Shown here one piece after another: positions 9,465 through 19,162 of a stretch of 64,000 nucleotides of DNA (its first letter is position 1; each line of letters starts with the position of its first letter). The position numbers and the translations under genes were made by a program. The notes under the pieces were generated by a model. The model was not told the DNA's origin, ran no database searches, and worked only from the letters and a program-made list of their open reading frames with translations. This stretch comes from Halarcobacter sp. (GTDB taxonomy: Bacteria; Campylobacterota; Campylobacteria; Campylobacterales; Arcobacteraceae): positions 2,848,001-2,912,000 of the forward strand of contig CP182352.1 of NCBI GenBank assembly GCA_048571215.1, in the 5' to 3' direction.

Positions 9465-10976
9465 ATGAAAAAATTTCTTTTACTATTTATTATTCACTTT
9501 TCATTTTTCATTTCTCTAAACGCAAGTACCTTAGAACTATCTATGAGTTCAAGCCCAAGTAAACTAAACCCTATAATTGCAGCAGATAGTGCCAGCTCAA
9601 ATATAACCCAATGGCTATTTAATGGTTTATTAAAATATGATAAAGATGGAAATATCACCACTGATTTAGCATCTTCTTATAAATTTGAATCCAATACAAA
9701 ATTAATAATCCATATTAAAAAAAATATTAGATGGCATGACGGAAAAAAACTAACTGCCGATGATATTATATTTACTTATAAAAAAATTATTGACAAGAGT
9801 GTTTATACTTCAATAAAATCCAATTATAATGAAGTTAAAAGTGTAAAAAAACTTGATGATTATACAATTGAAATAATATATAAAAAACCTTATTTTAAAG
9901 CCTTGGTTATTTGGATGGTTAGTATTGTACCTAAACATATACTTGAAAATGAAGAAGACTTTATGACCTCCTCTTTTAATAGAAAACCCATAGGAACAGG
10001 ACCTTATAAACTAAAAGAGTTTGAAAATAATAAAGATATTCAACTTTTGGCAAATGATGATTATTTTGAAGGTAGACCTAAAATTGATAAAATTGATTAT
10101 AAATTTATGCCCGATACAAATACAACTTTTTTAATGTTAAAACAAAAAAAACTAGATTTAGGTGGCTTAACACCACTTCAAATCGATAGACAAATAGATA
10201 AATCATTTAGAGAAAATTATAAGATTATTGAACGTCCAAGTTTTTCTTATGATTATTTGGGTTTTAATCTTCATAATAAAAAATTCAAAAACCCAAAAGT
10301 AAGAGAAGCCTTATCCTTAGGTATAGATAGACAAGAGATAATAGATATACTCTTTTTTGGTCATGGTAAAGTATGTAATGGCCCTGCCCTACCAGGAAGT
10401 TTTGCATATAATGAAAAAGTAAAACAGATAGTTCCAAATAAACAAAAGGCAAAGAGATTATTAAAAGAGGCTGGATATGATGAGAAAAATCCTTTTAGCT
10501 TTGAAATAGTAACAAATACAGGAAATGAAACAAGAATAAATGCAGCACAAATCATCCAATATCAACTCTCAAAAATTGGAGTTAATGTAAAAATAAAAGT
10601 TATGGAGTGGCAAGCTTTTTTAAATACTGTTGTTCATCCTCGAAAATTTGAAACTATACTTTTAGGATGGAACTTAGCTTTAATGCCAGATGCTTACCCC
10701 CTTTGGCATACTAATTCAGCTAAACTTGGTGGTTTTAATTTAACAGGATATAGTAATAAAGAGGTGGATAAACTAATTGAAAAAGGTTCTTCAACTGTGG
10801 ATATGAATAAACTTTCAAAAATATACAAAAAGATATTTAAATTAATCACAGATGATAATCCTTATCTTTTTTTATATATTCCTAACTCTATTACAGTTGT
10901 AAACTCTCAGATAAAGAATATTAAACCAGCCTTTATAGGTATCACTTACAACCAAAAAGATTGGATAAAACCTTAA
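9465..10976 (+). CDS. ABC transporter peptide/nickel-binding protein (SBP family 5)
   Basis: Signal peptide MKKFLLL.. from ATG 9465 (the ORF-track extension crosses the terminator); LFNGLLKYD, WHDGKKLTADD, PIGTGPY. Confidence 0.9.
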   Translation: MKKFLLLFIIHFSFFISLNASTLELSMSSSPSKLNPIIAADSASSNITQWLFNGLLKYDKDGNITTDLASSYKFESNTKLIIHIKKNIRWHDGKKLTADDIIFTYKKIIDKSVYTSIKSNYNEVKSVKKLDDYTIEIIYKKPYFKALVIWMVSIVPKHILENEEDFMTSSFNRKPIGTGPYKLKEFENNKDIQLLANDDYFEGRPKIDKIDYKFMPDTNTTFLMLKQKKLDLGGLTPLQIDRQIDKSFRENYKIIERPSFSYDYLGFNLHNKKFKNPKVREALSLGIDRQEIIDILFFGHGKVCNGPALPGSFAYNEKVKQIVPNKQKAKRLLKEAGYDEKNPFSFEIVTNTGNETRINAAQIIQYQLSKIGVNVKIKVMEWQAFLNTVVHPRKFETILLGWNLALMPDAYPLWHTNSAKLGGFNLTGYSNKEVDKLIEKGSSTVDMNKLSKIYKKIFKLITDDNPYLFLYIPNSITVVNSQIKNIKPAFIGITYNQKDWIKP

Positions 10977-11061
10977 TACTAAAAAAACTAATTGTTAGAG
11001 TATATCTACTTGTAAACAAATTTATATTAAACTAAACAATATAATGAATGGACGGTAATCA

Positions 11062-11715
11062 ATGGATAAAATTATACTTTTTGATTTAGATGGGACTTTA
11101 ATAGACTCAACAGATGCAATTATATCAACCTTTAATCACACCTTTGAGAAAATGGAATTTGATTTCAAGGGAAATGATGATGATATAAAATCTTTAATAG
11201 GATACCCTTTAGATATTATGTATTTAGATTTAGGGGTAGAAAAAGAAGTTGTTTGGGATTATGTAAAAGCATATAAAGAAAGATATAGAAAAATTTCAAA
11301 ACAACAAACTGAACTATTAGAGTTTGCAAAAGAAGCCATTGAATATGCAAAATCTTTTGCAAGACTTTCAATAGTTACAACAAAAACAGGACTTTATAGT
11401 AAAGAGCTTTTAGAGCATATGGATGTGATGCACCATTTTGAACATATTACAGGAAGAGAACATGTGCAAAACCCTAAACCCCATCCAGAACCAATCCACA
11501 AAACATTAGATTTGATGAATGTTAAAAATACTTGTGATATATGGATGATTGGAGATACAGAACTTGATTTAATAGCTGCAAATAGTGCAGGAATCAACTC
11601 TGTTGGAGTATTGTGTGGTTATGGAAAAGAGGAAACTTTAAAAGAACACACTTCTTTTATTGCCAAAAATTCTCTTGATGCTGTGAAACTTATTAAAACT
11701 CTATCTCAAGTCTAA
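11062..11715 (+). CDS. HAD-family hydrolase (phosphoglycolate phosphatase-like)
   Basis: FDLDGTLIDS, KPHPEP, IGDTELD. Confidence 0.9.
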   Translation: MDKIILFDLDGTLIDSTDAIISTFNHTFEKMEFDFKGNDDDIKSLIGYPLDIMYLDLGVEKEVVWDYVKAYKERYRKISKQQTELLEFAKEAIEYAKSFARLSIVTTKTGLYSKELLEHMDVMHHFEHITGREHVQNPKPHPEPIHKTLDLMNVKNTCDIWMIGDTELDLIAANSAGINSVGVLCGYGKEETLKEHTSFIAKNSLDAVKLIKTLSQV

Positions 11716-11960
11716 TAAAATTATAAACCTATGTTATCATAATAGCTTATTATTAAGTTGACATATGTTTAAAATTTATACTTATTATTGACATATGTTT
11801 ACCACAACTGGGGGCACTAAACTTAAATGCAACAAAATTTGTACCTTTAATTAGAAATATTAATTAATATTAACTTATTTAAGAATTTTTCATGTTTTTA
11901 TAAGTTTAGTTTAATTACTATTTAAACTAATAGACTTATATTTGTAATGAAGGGAAAGAC

Positions 11961-14900
11961 ATGACAAAAAAATTTGCTACTATGGATGGAAATGAAGCTG
12001 CAGCATATGTATCATATGCATTTACGGAGGTAGCTGGAGTTTATCCAATTACTCCATCTTCTCAGATGGGTGACAACACTGAAAAATGGGCAACACAAGG
12101 GAAAAAGAATCTATTTGGTTCAACTGTAAAGGTTATTGAGATGCAATCTGAAGCTGGAGCTGCAGGTACATTTCATGGTTCACTACAAGCGGGTGCTCTT
12201 ACTACTACTTATACTGCTTCACAAGGTTTATTATTAAAAATACCAAACATGTATAAAGTTGCAGGACAACTTCTACCTGGAGTTATCCATGTATCAGCTC
12301 GTTCTTTAGCTGCACATGCCTTATCTATTTTTGGAGACCATCAAGATGTTATGAGTGCAAGAGCAACTGGATTTGCTATGCTTGCTACTGGTTCAGTTCA
12401 AGAGGTAATGGACTTAGGTGGAGTTGCTCACCTTGCTGCAATTAAAGGTAGAGTTCCATTTTTACACTTCTTTGATGGATTTAGAACTTCACATGAGATT
12501 AATAAAGTTGAAGTTATGGATTATGATGTATTTGACAAACTTATTGATTATGAAGCAGTACAAAAATTTAGAGACACTTCATTAAATCCAGAATCTCCAA
12601 TTACAAGAGGTACTGCACAAAATGATGATATCTACTTCCAAGGAAGAGAAGCTTCAAACAAATTTTATAATGCAGTTCCAGATATTGTAAATGAATATAT
12701 GAAAGAGATTTCAAAAGTTACAGGAAGAGATTATGCACCATTTACATATTATGGAGCAGAAGATGCAACTGATATACTAGTTGCAATGGGTTCTGTAACT
12801 GAAACTATAAAAGAAACTATTGATTATTTACAAAATGAGGGTAGAAAAGTTGGTTTATTAACAGTTCATTTATATAGACCATTTTCTGCAAAATATTTTA
12901 TGGATGCTTTACCTGATTCTGTTGAAAATATTTGTGTAATTGATAGAACAAAAGAACCAGGAAGTTTAGGTGAACCATTATATTTAGATATCAAATCGGT
13001 ATTTTATGGGCAAGAGAAACAACCTAAGATTATTGGTGGTAGATATGGACTATCTTCAAAAGATGTTCCACCTTCACAAATTATTGCTTTATATGATAAT
13101 TTAGCTAGTGAATCTTCAAAAGATAATTTTACTGTTGGTATCAATGATGATGTTACTTTTACTTCTATTGAAGTTGGAGAAAATGTATCAGTTGTTGAAG
13201 ATGTTAATGAATGCTTATTCTACGGACTTGGAGCTGATGGTACTGTTGGAGCAAATAAAAACTCAGTAAAAATTATTGGTGATAAAACAGACCTATATGC
13301 CCAAGCATATTTTGCATATGATTCTAAGAAATCAGGTGGATACACAAGATCACACTTAAGATTTAGCAAAAACCCTATTAGATCAACATACCTTGTATCA
13401 AATCCAGGATTTGTTGCCTGTTCAAAAGAGGTTTATTTAGAGCAATATGAGGTTATTGATAGAATCAAAGATGGTGGTACTTTCTTACTAAACTCTATTC
13501 ATAGTGCAGAAGAGATTATAAATAAAATTCCAAAAAGAGTTCTAAAAATACTTGCTGATAAAAAAGTTAATTTCTATATCATAAATGCTACAAAACTAGC
13601 AAGAGAGATTGGTTTAGGAACAAGAACAAATACAATTATGCAAGCAGCATTTTTTAAACTTGCAGATATTATCCCTTATGAACAAGCAAAAGATTATATG
13701 AAAGAGTATGCAGAAAAAGCATATGGAAACAAAGGTGATGAGATTGTAAAAATGAACTATGCAGCTATTGATGCAGGTGCAGGTGGTTTAATGCAAGTTA
13801 CAGTAGATCCTGCTTGGTCAGATTTTGATGGGGGAGCACTTGTAGTTAATTCTCAATACCAAGGTACTACTTATGTTGAAAACTTTGCAAAAGTTGTGAA
13901 TGCAGCTAAAGGTGATGAGTTACCTGTTTCTTCTATTGTTAACCTTGGAATGGAAGGTGGAACTTTTGAAAATGGTTCTACAAAATATGAAAAAAGAGCA
14001 ATTGCAACTATGGTTCCTCAATGGAATGAAGATACCTGTATTCAATGTAATCAATGTGCTTTTGAGTGTCCACATGCAGTTATTAGACCATTTTTAATGG
14101 ATGAAGATGAATTTGCAAATGCACCTGAAACAGTAAAAGAGCACTCTTTAGATGCAAAAGCTAAGGGTACTAAAAACCAAGGTTTAAAATATAAACTTCA
14201 AGTTTCAATTATGGATTGTACAGGTTGTAATGTTTGTGTTGATATCTGTCCTACAAAAGAAAAATCTCTTAAAATGGTACCATATGAGGTTGAGGAAGAA
14301 AACAATGAACAAGAAAATGCAGATTTCCTATTTAATGATGTAACATATAAAGATTATCTTGTAGATAAATCTTCAGTTCAAGGTTCACAATTTTCTCAAC
14401 CATTATTTGAGTTCCATTCTGCTTGTCCAGGATGTGGAGAAACTCCATATATCACTTTAGCAACACAAATGTTTGGTGATAGAATGATGATTGCAAATGC
14501 TACAGGATGTACTTCAATTTATTCTGCATCTGCTCCATCAACTCCATATACAAAAAATGCTAAAGGGGAAGGTCCAGCATGGGCTAACTCATTATTTGAA
14601 GATACTGCAGAGTTTGGTTATGGTATGCATGCAGCTAATGAAACCCTTAGAAATAGAATCGGTAATATTATGAACGATACTATGGAAGAGGTAACAAATC
14701 CACTTAAAGGTTTATATAAAGAGTGGTTAGAGAATAGATCTAATGGTGCCAAAACCCAAGAGATAAGAGATAAATTGGTTCCTCAATTAGAGGCAAATCA
14801 AGATCTACCTGGAGTAAAAGAGTTATTAACACTTAAAAAATATATTGTTAGAAAATCTCAATGGGTAATCGGTGGAGATGGATGGGCTTATGACATCGGT

Positions 14901-15524
14901 TATGGTGGAGTTGATCATGTTCTATCTACTGGAGAAAACATTAACATGTTAGTTGTTGATACAGAAGTTTACTCAAATACTGGTGGTCAATCTTCAAAAT
15001 CAGCTAGAACAGGTTCTATTGCAGATTTTACAAATGATGGTAAACCAAATAAGAAAAAAGATTTAGGTTATATCTCTATGACATATGGAAATATCTATGT
15101 GGCACAAATCAACTCAAGAGCAAACCAAAAACAAACTGCACAAGCACTTAAAGAAGCAGAAGAGTATGATGGTCCATCATTAGTTATTGCATATTCTCCA
15201 TGTATTGCACACGGTATCCAAGGTGGACTTATGAAATCAGTTGACCAAGGTGAGTTAGCAACTAACTGCGGATATTGGCCAATTTATACCTTTGACCCAA
15301 GAAAAATAGAAAAAGGTCAAAACCCAATTAAAATATTTGGTAAAAAACCAGATTGGGATAGATATGAAGAGTTCTTAATGAATGAAAACAGATATAGATC
15401 TCTTAAAAAACTAAATCCAGAGCACGCTGAATTTTTACTTGAAGAGAATAAAAAAGAAGCACAATATAGATTTAGACAACTTTATAGAATGGCAGCAGCT
15501 GACTATTCTGATGAACTAGAATAA
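11961..15524 (+). CDS. nifJ: Pyruvate:ferredoxin/flavodoxin oxidoreductase, single-chain type
   Basis: YPITPSS, two CxxCxxCxxxCP motifs, ACPGCGE, GGDGWAYDIG TPP motif; 1187 aa. Confidence 0.96.
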   Translation: MTKKFATMDGNEAAAYVSYAFTEVAGVYPITPSSQMGDNTEKWATQGKKNLFGSTVKVIEMQSEAGAAGTFHGSLQAGALTTTYTASQGLLLKIPNMYKVAGQLLPGVIHVSARSLAAHALSIFGDHQDVMSARATGFAMLATGSVQEVMDLGGVAHLAAIKGRVPFLHFFDGFRTSHEINKVEVMDYDVFDKLIDYEAVQKFRDTSLNPESPITRGTAQNDDIYFQGREASNKFYNAVPDIVNEYMKEISKVTGRDYAPFTYYGAEDATDILVAMGSVTETIKETIDYLQNEGRKVGLLTVHLYRPFSAKYFMDALPDSVENICVIDRTKEPGSLGEPLYLDIKSVFYGQEKQPKIIGGRYGLSSKDVPPSQIIALYDNLASESSKDNFTVGINDDVTFTSIEVGENVSVVEDVNECLFYGLGADGTVGANKNSVKIIGDKTDLYAQAYFAYDSKKSGGYTRSHLRFSKNPIRSTYLVSNPGFVACSKEVYLEQYEVIDRIKDGGTFLLNSIHSAEEIINKIPKRVLKILADKKVNFYIINATKLAREIGLGTRTNTIMQAAFFKLADIIPYEQAKDYMKEYAEKAYGNKGDEIVKMNYAAIDAGAGGLMQVTVDPAWSDFDGGALVVNSQYQGTTYVENFAKVVNAAKGDELPVSSIVNLGMEGGTFENGSTKYEKRAIATMVPQWNEDTCIQCNQCAFECPHAVIRPFLMDEDEFANAPETVKEHSLDAKAKGTKNQGLKYKLQVSIMDCTGCNVCVDICPTKEKSLKMVPYEVEEENNEQENADFLFNDVTYKDYLVDKSSVQGSQFSQPLFEFHSACPGCGETPYITLATQMFGDRMMIANATGCTSIYSASAPSTPYTKNAKGEGPAWANSLFEDTAEFGYGMHAANETLRNRIGNIMNDTMEEVTNPLKGLYKEWLENRSNGAKTQEIRDKLVPQLEANQDLPGVKELLTLKKYIVRKSQWVIGGDGWAYDIGYGGVDHVLSTGENINMLVVDTEVYSNTGGQSSKSARTGSIADFTNDGKPNKKKDLGYISMTYGNIYVAQINSRANQKQTAQALKEAEEYDGPSLVIAYSPCIAHGIQGGLMKSVDQGELATNCGYWPIYTFDPRKIEKGQNPIKIFGKKPDWDRYEEFLMNENRYRSLKKLNPEHAEFLLEENKKEAQYRFRQLYRMAAADYSDELE

Positions 15525-15558
15525 TAAGCTAAACTTATTGAACATTTGTTCATTTTAT

Positions 15559-15592
15559 CCTTCTTTGATGGTCATATGACCATCAAAGAAGG
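15559..15592. repeat. Perfect 34-bp palindrome between nifJ and porC
   Basis: CCTTCTTTGATGGTCAT|ATGACCATCAAAGAAGG; no T tail. Confidence 0.85.
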
Positions 15593-15754
15593 CCTAGAAA
15601 TAGGACATATGTTCACAACTTACATAATTGTTACATAACTTCACAAGCAGTAAAATTTACCTACCCATATTTAAGTAAAATATAGAAAAATTAGCTAAAC
15701 TTATCCTCAGACAATTTAAGTGTCCAATGAGCTAAAAAAATTTTAGGAGCGAAA

Positions 15755-16318
15755 ATGCTAGAAATTAGATGGCACAGCCGTGCAGGTCAAGGTGCTGTAA
15801 CAGGTGCTAAAGGACTTGGTTCTGTTGTTGCTGAAACAGGAAAAGAAGTACAAGCTTTTGCATTCTATGGTTCAGCTAAAAGAGGTGCATCAATGACTGC
15901 TTATAATAGAATTGATGATAAACAAATTATCAATCACGAAAAGTTTATGCACCCAGATTATGTGTTTATATTAGACCCAGCGTTAGTATTTACAGATGAT
16001 TTTACAGCTAATGAAACAGAGAAAACACAATATATAATAACTACTCACTTAACAAAAGATGAGTTAGTACAACTTGTTCCTGTATTAAAAGGAAGAGAAG
16101 ATAGAACTTTTATATTAGACTGTTTAGAGATTGCTCAACAGACTATTGGAAGACCGATTCCTAATACTCCAATGTTAGGTGCATTTATGAAAATAAGTGG
16201 CATGTTCGAACTAGAATATTTCCAAAATGCAATGAAGTCAGTACTTAAAAAGTTACCTCAAAAAGTTATCGATGCAAATATGATTGCTATCGAAAGAGCT
16301 TACAACGAAGTACACTAA
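15755..16318 (+). CDS. porC: Pyruvate:ferredoxin oxidoreductase gamma subunit
   Basis: EIRWHSRAGQGAVT, PNTPMLGA. Confidence 0.92.
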   Translation: MLEIRWHSRAGQGAVTGAKGLGSVVAETGKEVQAFAFYGSAKRGASMTAYNRIDDKQIINHEKFMHPDYVFILDPALVFTDDFTANETEKTQYIITTHLTKDELVQLVPVLKGREDRTFILDCLEIAQQTIGRPIPNTPMLGAFMKISGMFELEYFQNAMKSVLKKLPQKVIDANMIAIERAYNEVH

Positions 16319-16328
16319 GGAGAATCAA

Positions 16329-16742
16329 ATGAGTAAATCAATTAAAGAGATGGGATGGGATGAATTAGTACCTGGTGCTGCTTTATTCTCATTTGATGCA
16401 AATGTAGATTATACAATGGCAGAGGTTCAACCAGAAGATAGAACATATGCTGAGACTAACTCAAAAAATGCCTATGTTGGAGATTGGAGAGTTATAAAGC
16501 CAGTATGGAATAGTGAATTATGTATTGACTGTCAAAACTGCTGGATTTTTTGTCCTGATTCATCAATTATTTCAAGAAATAAAGAGATGAAAGGTGTGGA
16601 TTATGACCACTGTAAAGGTTGCGGAATTTGTGTGGAAGTTTGTCCAACAAATCCAAAATCACTATTGATGTTTAATGAAACAGAAAAAAATGAAGAAGCA
16701 CTTACAAAGTGGCCTGAGAAAAAAGAAAAGGGTAAGAAGTAA
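16329..16742 (+). CDS. porD: Pyruvate:ferredoxin oxidoreductase delta subunit (2x[4Fe-4S])
   Basis: GDWRVIKP, CIDCQNCWIFCP, CKGCGICVEVCP; start moved to ATG 16329 after RBS AAGGAG. Confidence 0.92.
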   Translation: MSKSIKEMGWDELVPGAALFSFDANVDYTMAEVQPEDRTYAETNSKNAYVGDWRVIKPVWNSELCIDCQNCWIFCPDSSIISRNKEMKGVDYDHCKGCGICVEVCPTNPKSLLMFNETEKNEEALTKWPEKKEKGKK

Positions 16743-17968
16743 TGAATACTAAACTTATGGAACTAAAAGAAGTAGAAGTTTGGGATGGGAATATGTGTAA
16801 TGCACAAGCTATGAGACAAGCTGGTGTTGATGTTGTTGCTGCATATCCTATTACACCTTCTACTAATACAGTTGAAAACTACGCAACTTTCCATGCAAAT
16901 GGGTATGTTGATGGTGAGTTTGTAATGGTAGAATCTGAACATGCTGCAATGTCTGCATGTGTTGGTGCAGGTGCAGCTGGTGGTAGAGTAGCAACTGCAA
17001 CTTCATCTCAAGGTTGTGCTCTTATGGTTGAAGTTTTATATCAATGTTCTGGTATGAGAATTCCTGCTGTTTTATGTTTAGTAAATAGAGCCTTAGCTGC
17101 TCCACTTAATGTAAATGGTGACCACTCAGATATGTATTTAACAAGAGACTCAGGATGGATTCAACTTGATTCTTTTAATGCTCAAGAAGCTTATGATATG
17201 ACATTATGTTCATTTAGAATTGGAGAGCATAAAGATGTAAGACTTCCTGTTATTTCAAACCAAGATGGGTTCTTAACTTCACATACTGCTCAAACAATTA
17301 GACCTTTACAAGATAAGGTTGCACAAGAGTTTGTTGGTGAATACCTACAAGTAAATGCGATGTTAGATTTTTCTAAACCTGTAACTCATGGTGTTCAAAC
17401 AGAACATGACTGGCATTTTGAACATAAAGCAAAACAACATGCAGCCTTACAAGGTTCATTTCCTGTAGTTGAAGAGGTATTTGCTGATTTTGAAAAAGTT
17501 AGTGGAAGAAAATACAATATAGTAGAATCATATATGGTTGAGGATGCAGATGTAGTAATTGTTTGTATGGGAACAACTTATGAAACAACTATGTGTGCAG
17601 TTGATGAGATGAGAAAAGAGGGAATAAAAGCTGGTGTTGTTGCACCAAGACTTTTTAGACCATTTCCACTAACTCAACTAGCTTCAAAATTACAAAATGC
17701 AAAAGCAATTGCATGTATGGATAGAAGTGCACCAGGTGGTACTGTTGGAGCTTTATATAATGAAGTTGCTGGAGCTCTAATCAATACACCTGCTAGACCT
17801 GTATTAAGAAACTTAATCTATGGTTTAGGTGGAAGAGATATTATTATCAATGAATTAAAAGATATCTTCACAAATTTAAATGAAGATGCAAAAAATGGAA
17901 AACTTACTGGAAAAATTCAAACACTACATGGTGTTAGAGGTCCAGAATTAAGTTTTTATGAACTGTAA
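16742..17968 (+). CDS. porA: Pyruvate:ferredoxin oxidoreductase alpha subunit
   Basis: AAYPITPS, ESEHAAMS, TATSSQG, YGLGGRD. Confidence 0.93.
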   Translation: MNTKLMELKEVEVWDGNMCNAQAMRQAGVDVVAAYPITPSTNTVENYATFHANGYVDGEFVMVESEHAAMSACVGAGAAGGRVATATSSQGCALMVEVLYQCSGMRIPAVLCLVNRALAAPLNVNGDHSDMYLTRDSGWIQLDSFNAQEAYDMTLCSFRIGEHKDVRLPVISNQDGFLTSHTAQTIRPLQDKVAQEFVGEYLQVNAMLDFSKPVTHGVQTEHDWHFEHKAKQHAALQGSFPVVEEVFADFEKVSGRKYNIVESYMVEDADVVIVCMGTTYETTMCAVDEMRKEGIKAGVVAPRLFRPFPLTQLASKLQNAKAIACMDRSAPGGTVGALYNEVAGALINTPARPVLRNLIYGLGGRDIIINELKDIFTNLNEDAKNGKLTGKIQTLHGVRGPELSFYEL

Positions 17969-17977
17969 GGAAAAAAT

Positions 17978-18934
17978 ATGAGTACTCAAAAAGTAATTAA
18001 AAACTTAAAAACTTTTTCAACTGCGGCTGAAAGATTTGAAGGTTCACATGTATTGTGTCCAGGTTGTGCCCACTCAATTATCGTAAGAGAAGTTTTAAAT
18101 GCAACTAATGATAACTTAGTAGTTGCAGCATCAACTGGGTGTTTAGAGGTATGTACAGCTATCTATCCTCACACTTCGTGGGATTGTTCTTGGATTCATA
18201 TTGGATTTGAAAATGGTTCTACTGCTGTTGCTGGGGCTGAAGCTATGAACAAAGCTTTAAGAAAAAAAGGTAAAATTAGTGCAGATACGCCAGAGCCAAA
18301 ATTTGTTGCTTTTGGTGGAGATGGAGCTACATATGATATTGGTTTCCAATGGATCTCTGGATGTTTTGAAAGGGGTCACGATATGATGTATGTTTGCTTA
18401 GACAATGAAGTTTATGCAAATACAGGTGGTCAAAGATCATCTTCAACACCTATTGGAGCAAGTACAACAACTGCACCAGCAGGTTCTACATCTTATGGGG
18501 AAACAAAAAATAAAAAAGATATGCTATCAATTATGGCAGCACATGGTTCTCCATATGTAGCACAAGTTGCTCCAAATAAATGGAAAGATATGGTTAAAAA
18601 AATCCAAACAGGATTTGCAACAAAAGGACCTGTTTTTATCAATGCTATGTCAGCTTGTACAACAGAATGGAAATTCCAACCACATGAGACAATTGAAGCA
18701 TCTGATTTAGCAGTTGATTCACTTGTTTTTCCATTATATGAGATAATTGATGGAACTGAATTAAACATCACTTACAGACCAAAAAATATTATACCTGTAA
18801 AAGATTATTTAGCATTTCAACCAAGATTTAAACATCTATTTACTCCAGGTAATGAACATATCCTAGAAGAATGGCAAAAAAGAGTAGATGCTAAGTGGGA
18901 GTATCTACAAAGAAGAGAAGAAGCAAGAGTTTAA
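17978..18934 (+). CDS. porB: Pyruvate:ferredoxin oxidoreductase beta subunit
   Basis: LCPGC, GGDGATYDIG, DNEVYANTGGQ. Confidence 0.93.
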   Translation: MSTQKVIKNLKTFSTAAERFEGSHVLCPGCAHSIIVREVLNATNDNLVVAASTGCLEVCTAIYPHTSWDCSWIHIGFENGSTAVAGAEAMNKALRKKGKISADTPEPKFVAFGGDGATYDIGFQWISGCFERGHDMMYVCLDNEVYANTGGQRSSSTPIGASTTTAPAGSTSYGETKNKKDMLSIMAAHGSPYVAQVAPNKWKDMVKKIQTGFATKGPVFINAMSACTTEWKFQPHETIEASDLAVDSLVFPLYEIIDGTELNITYRPKNIIPVKDYLAFQPRFKHLFTPGNEHILEEWQKRVDAKWEYLQRREEARV

Positions 18935-18956
18935 AACAAAACCTCTTTTATATTCT

Positions 18957-18987
18957 AAATTAAAGGGATTATATCCCTTTAATTTTT
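18957..18987 (+). terminator. Intrinsic terminator after porB
   Basis: AATTAAAGGGAT-tat-ATCCCTTTAATT plus T run. Confidence 0.75.
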
Positions 18988-19162
18988 ATTTTCTATAATT
19001 AAACTTTCATATTAAAAATAATAAAAAATCAACTAAATGATTTAAATTCATTTAAATCTCTAACTTACACTAATTCAAGGCATTTCTATTAATTAATAAT
19101 GTAATTCTAATACAAGAATTATAAAGATATAATTTGATAATAATTATTTTAGCAGGTATAAA

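Noticed and set aside
9248..9562. 104-aa ORF, and the 40-codon N-terminal extension of the ABC binding protein
   Set aside because: Both cross the rpsI terminator; a signal peptide starts at ATG 9465
11758..11771. FNR box interpretation of TTGACATATGTTTA
   Set aside because: Right half-site departs from ATCAA, and the related sites at porC conserve the inner CATATG core rather than TTGA arms
11812..11830. Possible sigma54 promoter (GGCAC) upstream of nifJ
   Set aside because: No GC at the required -12 position (reads TTAA)
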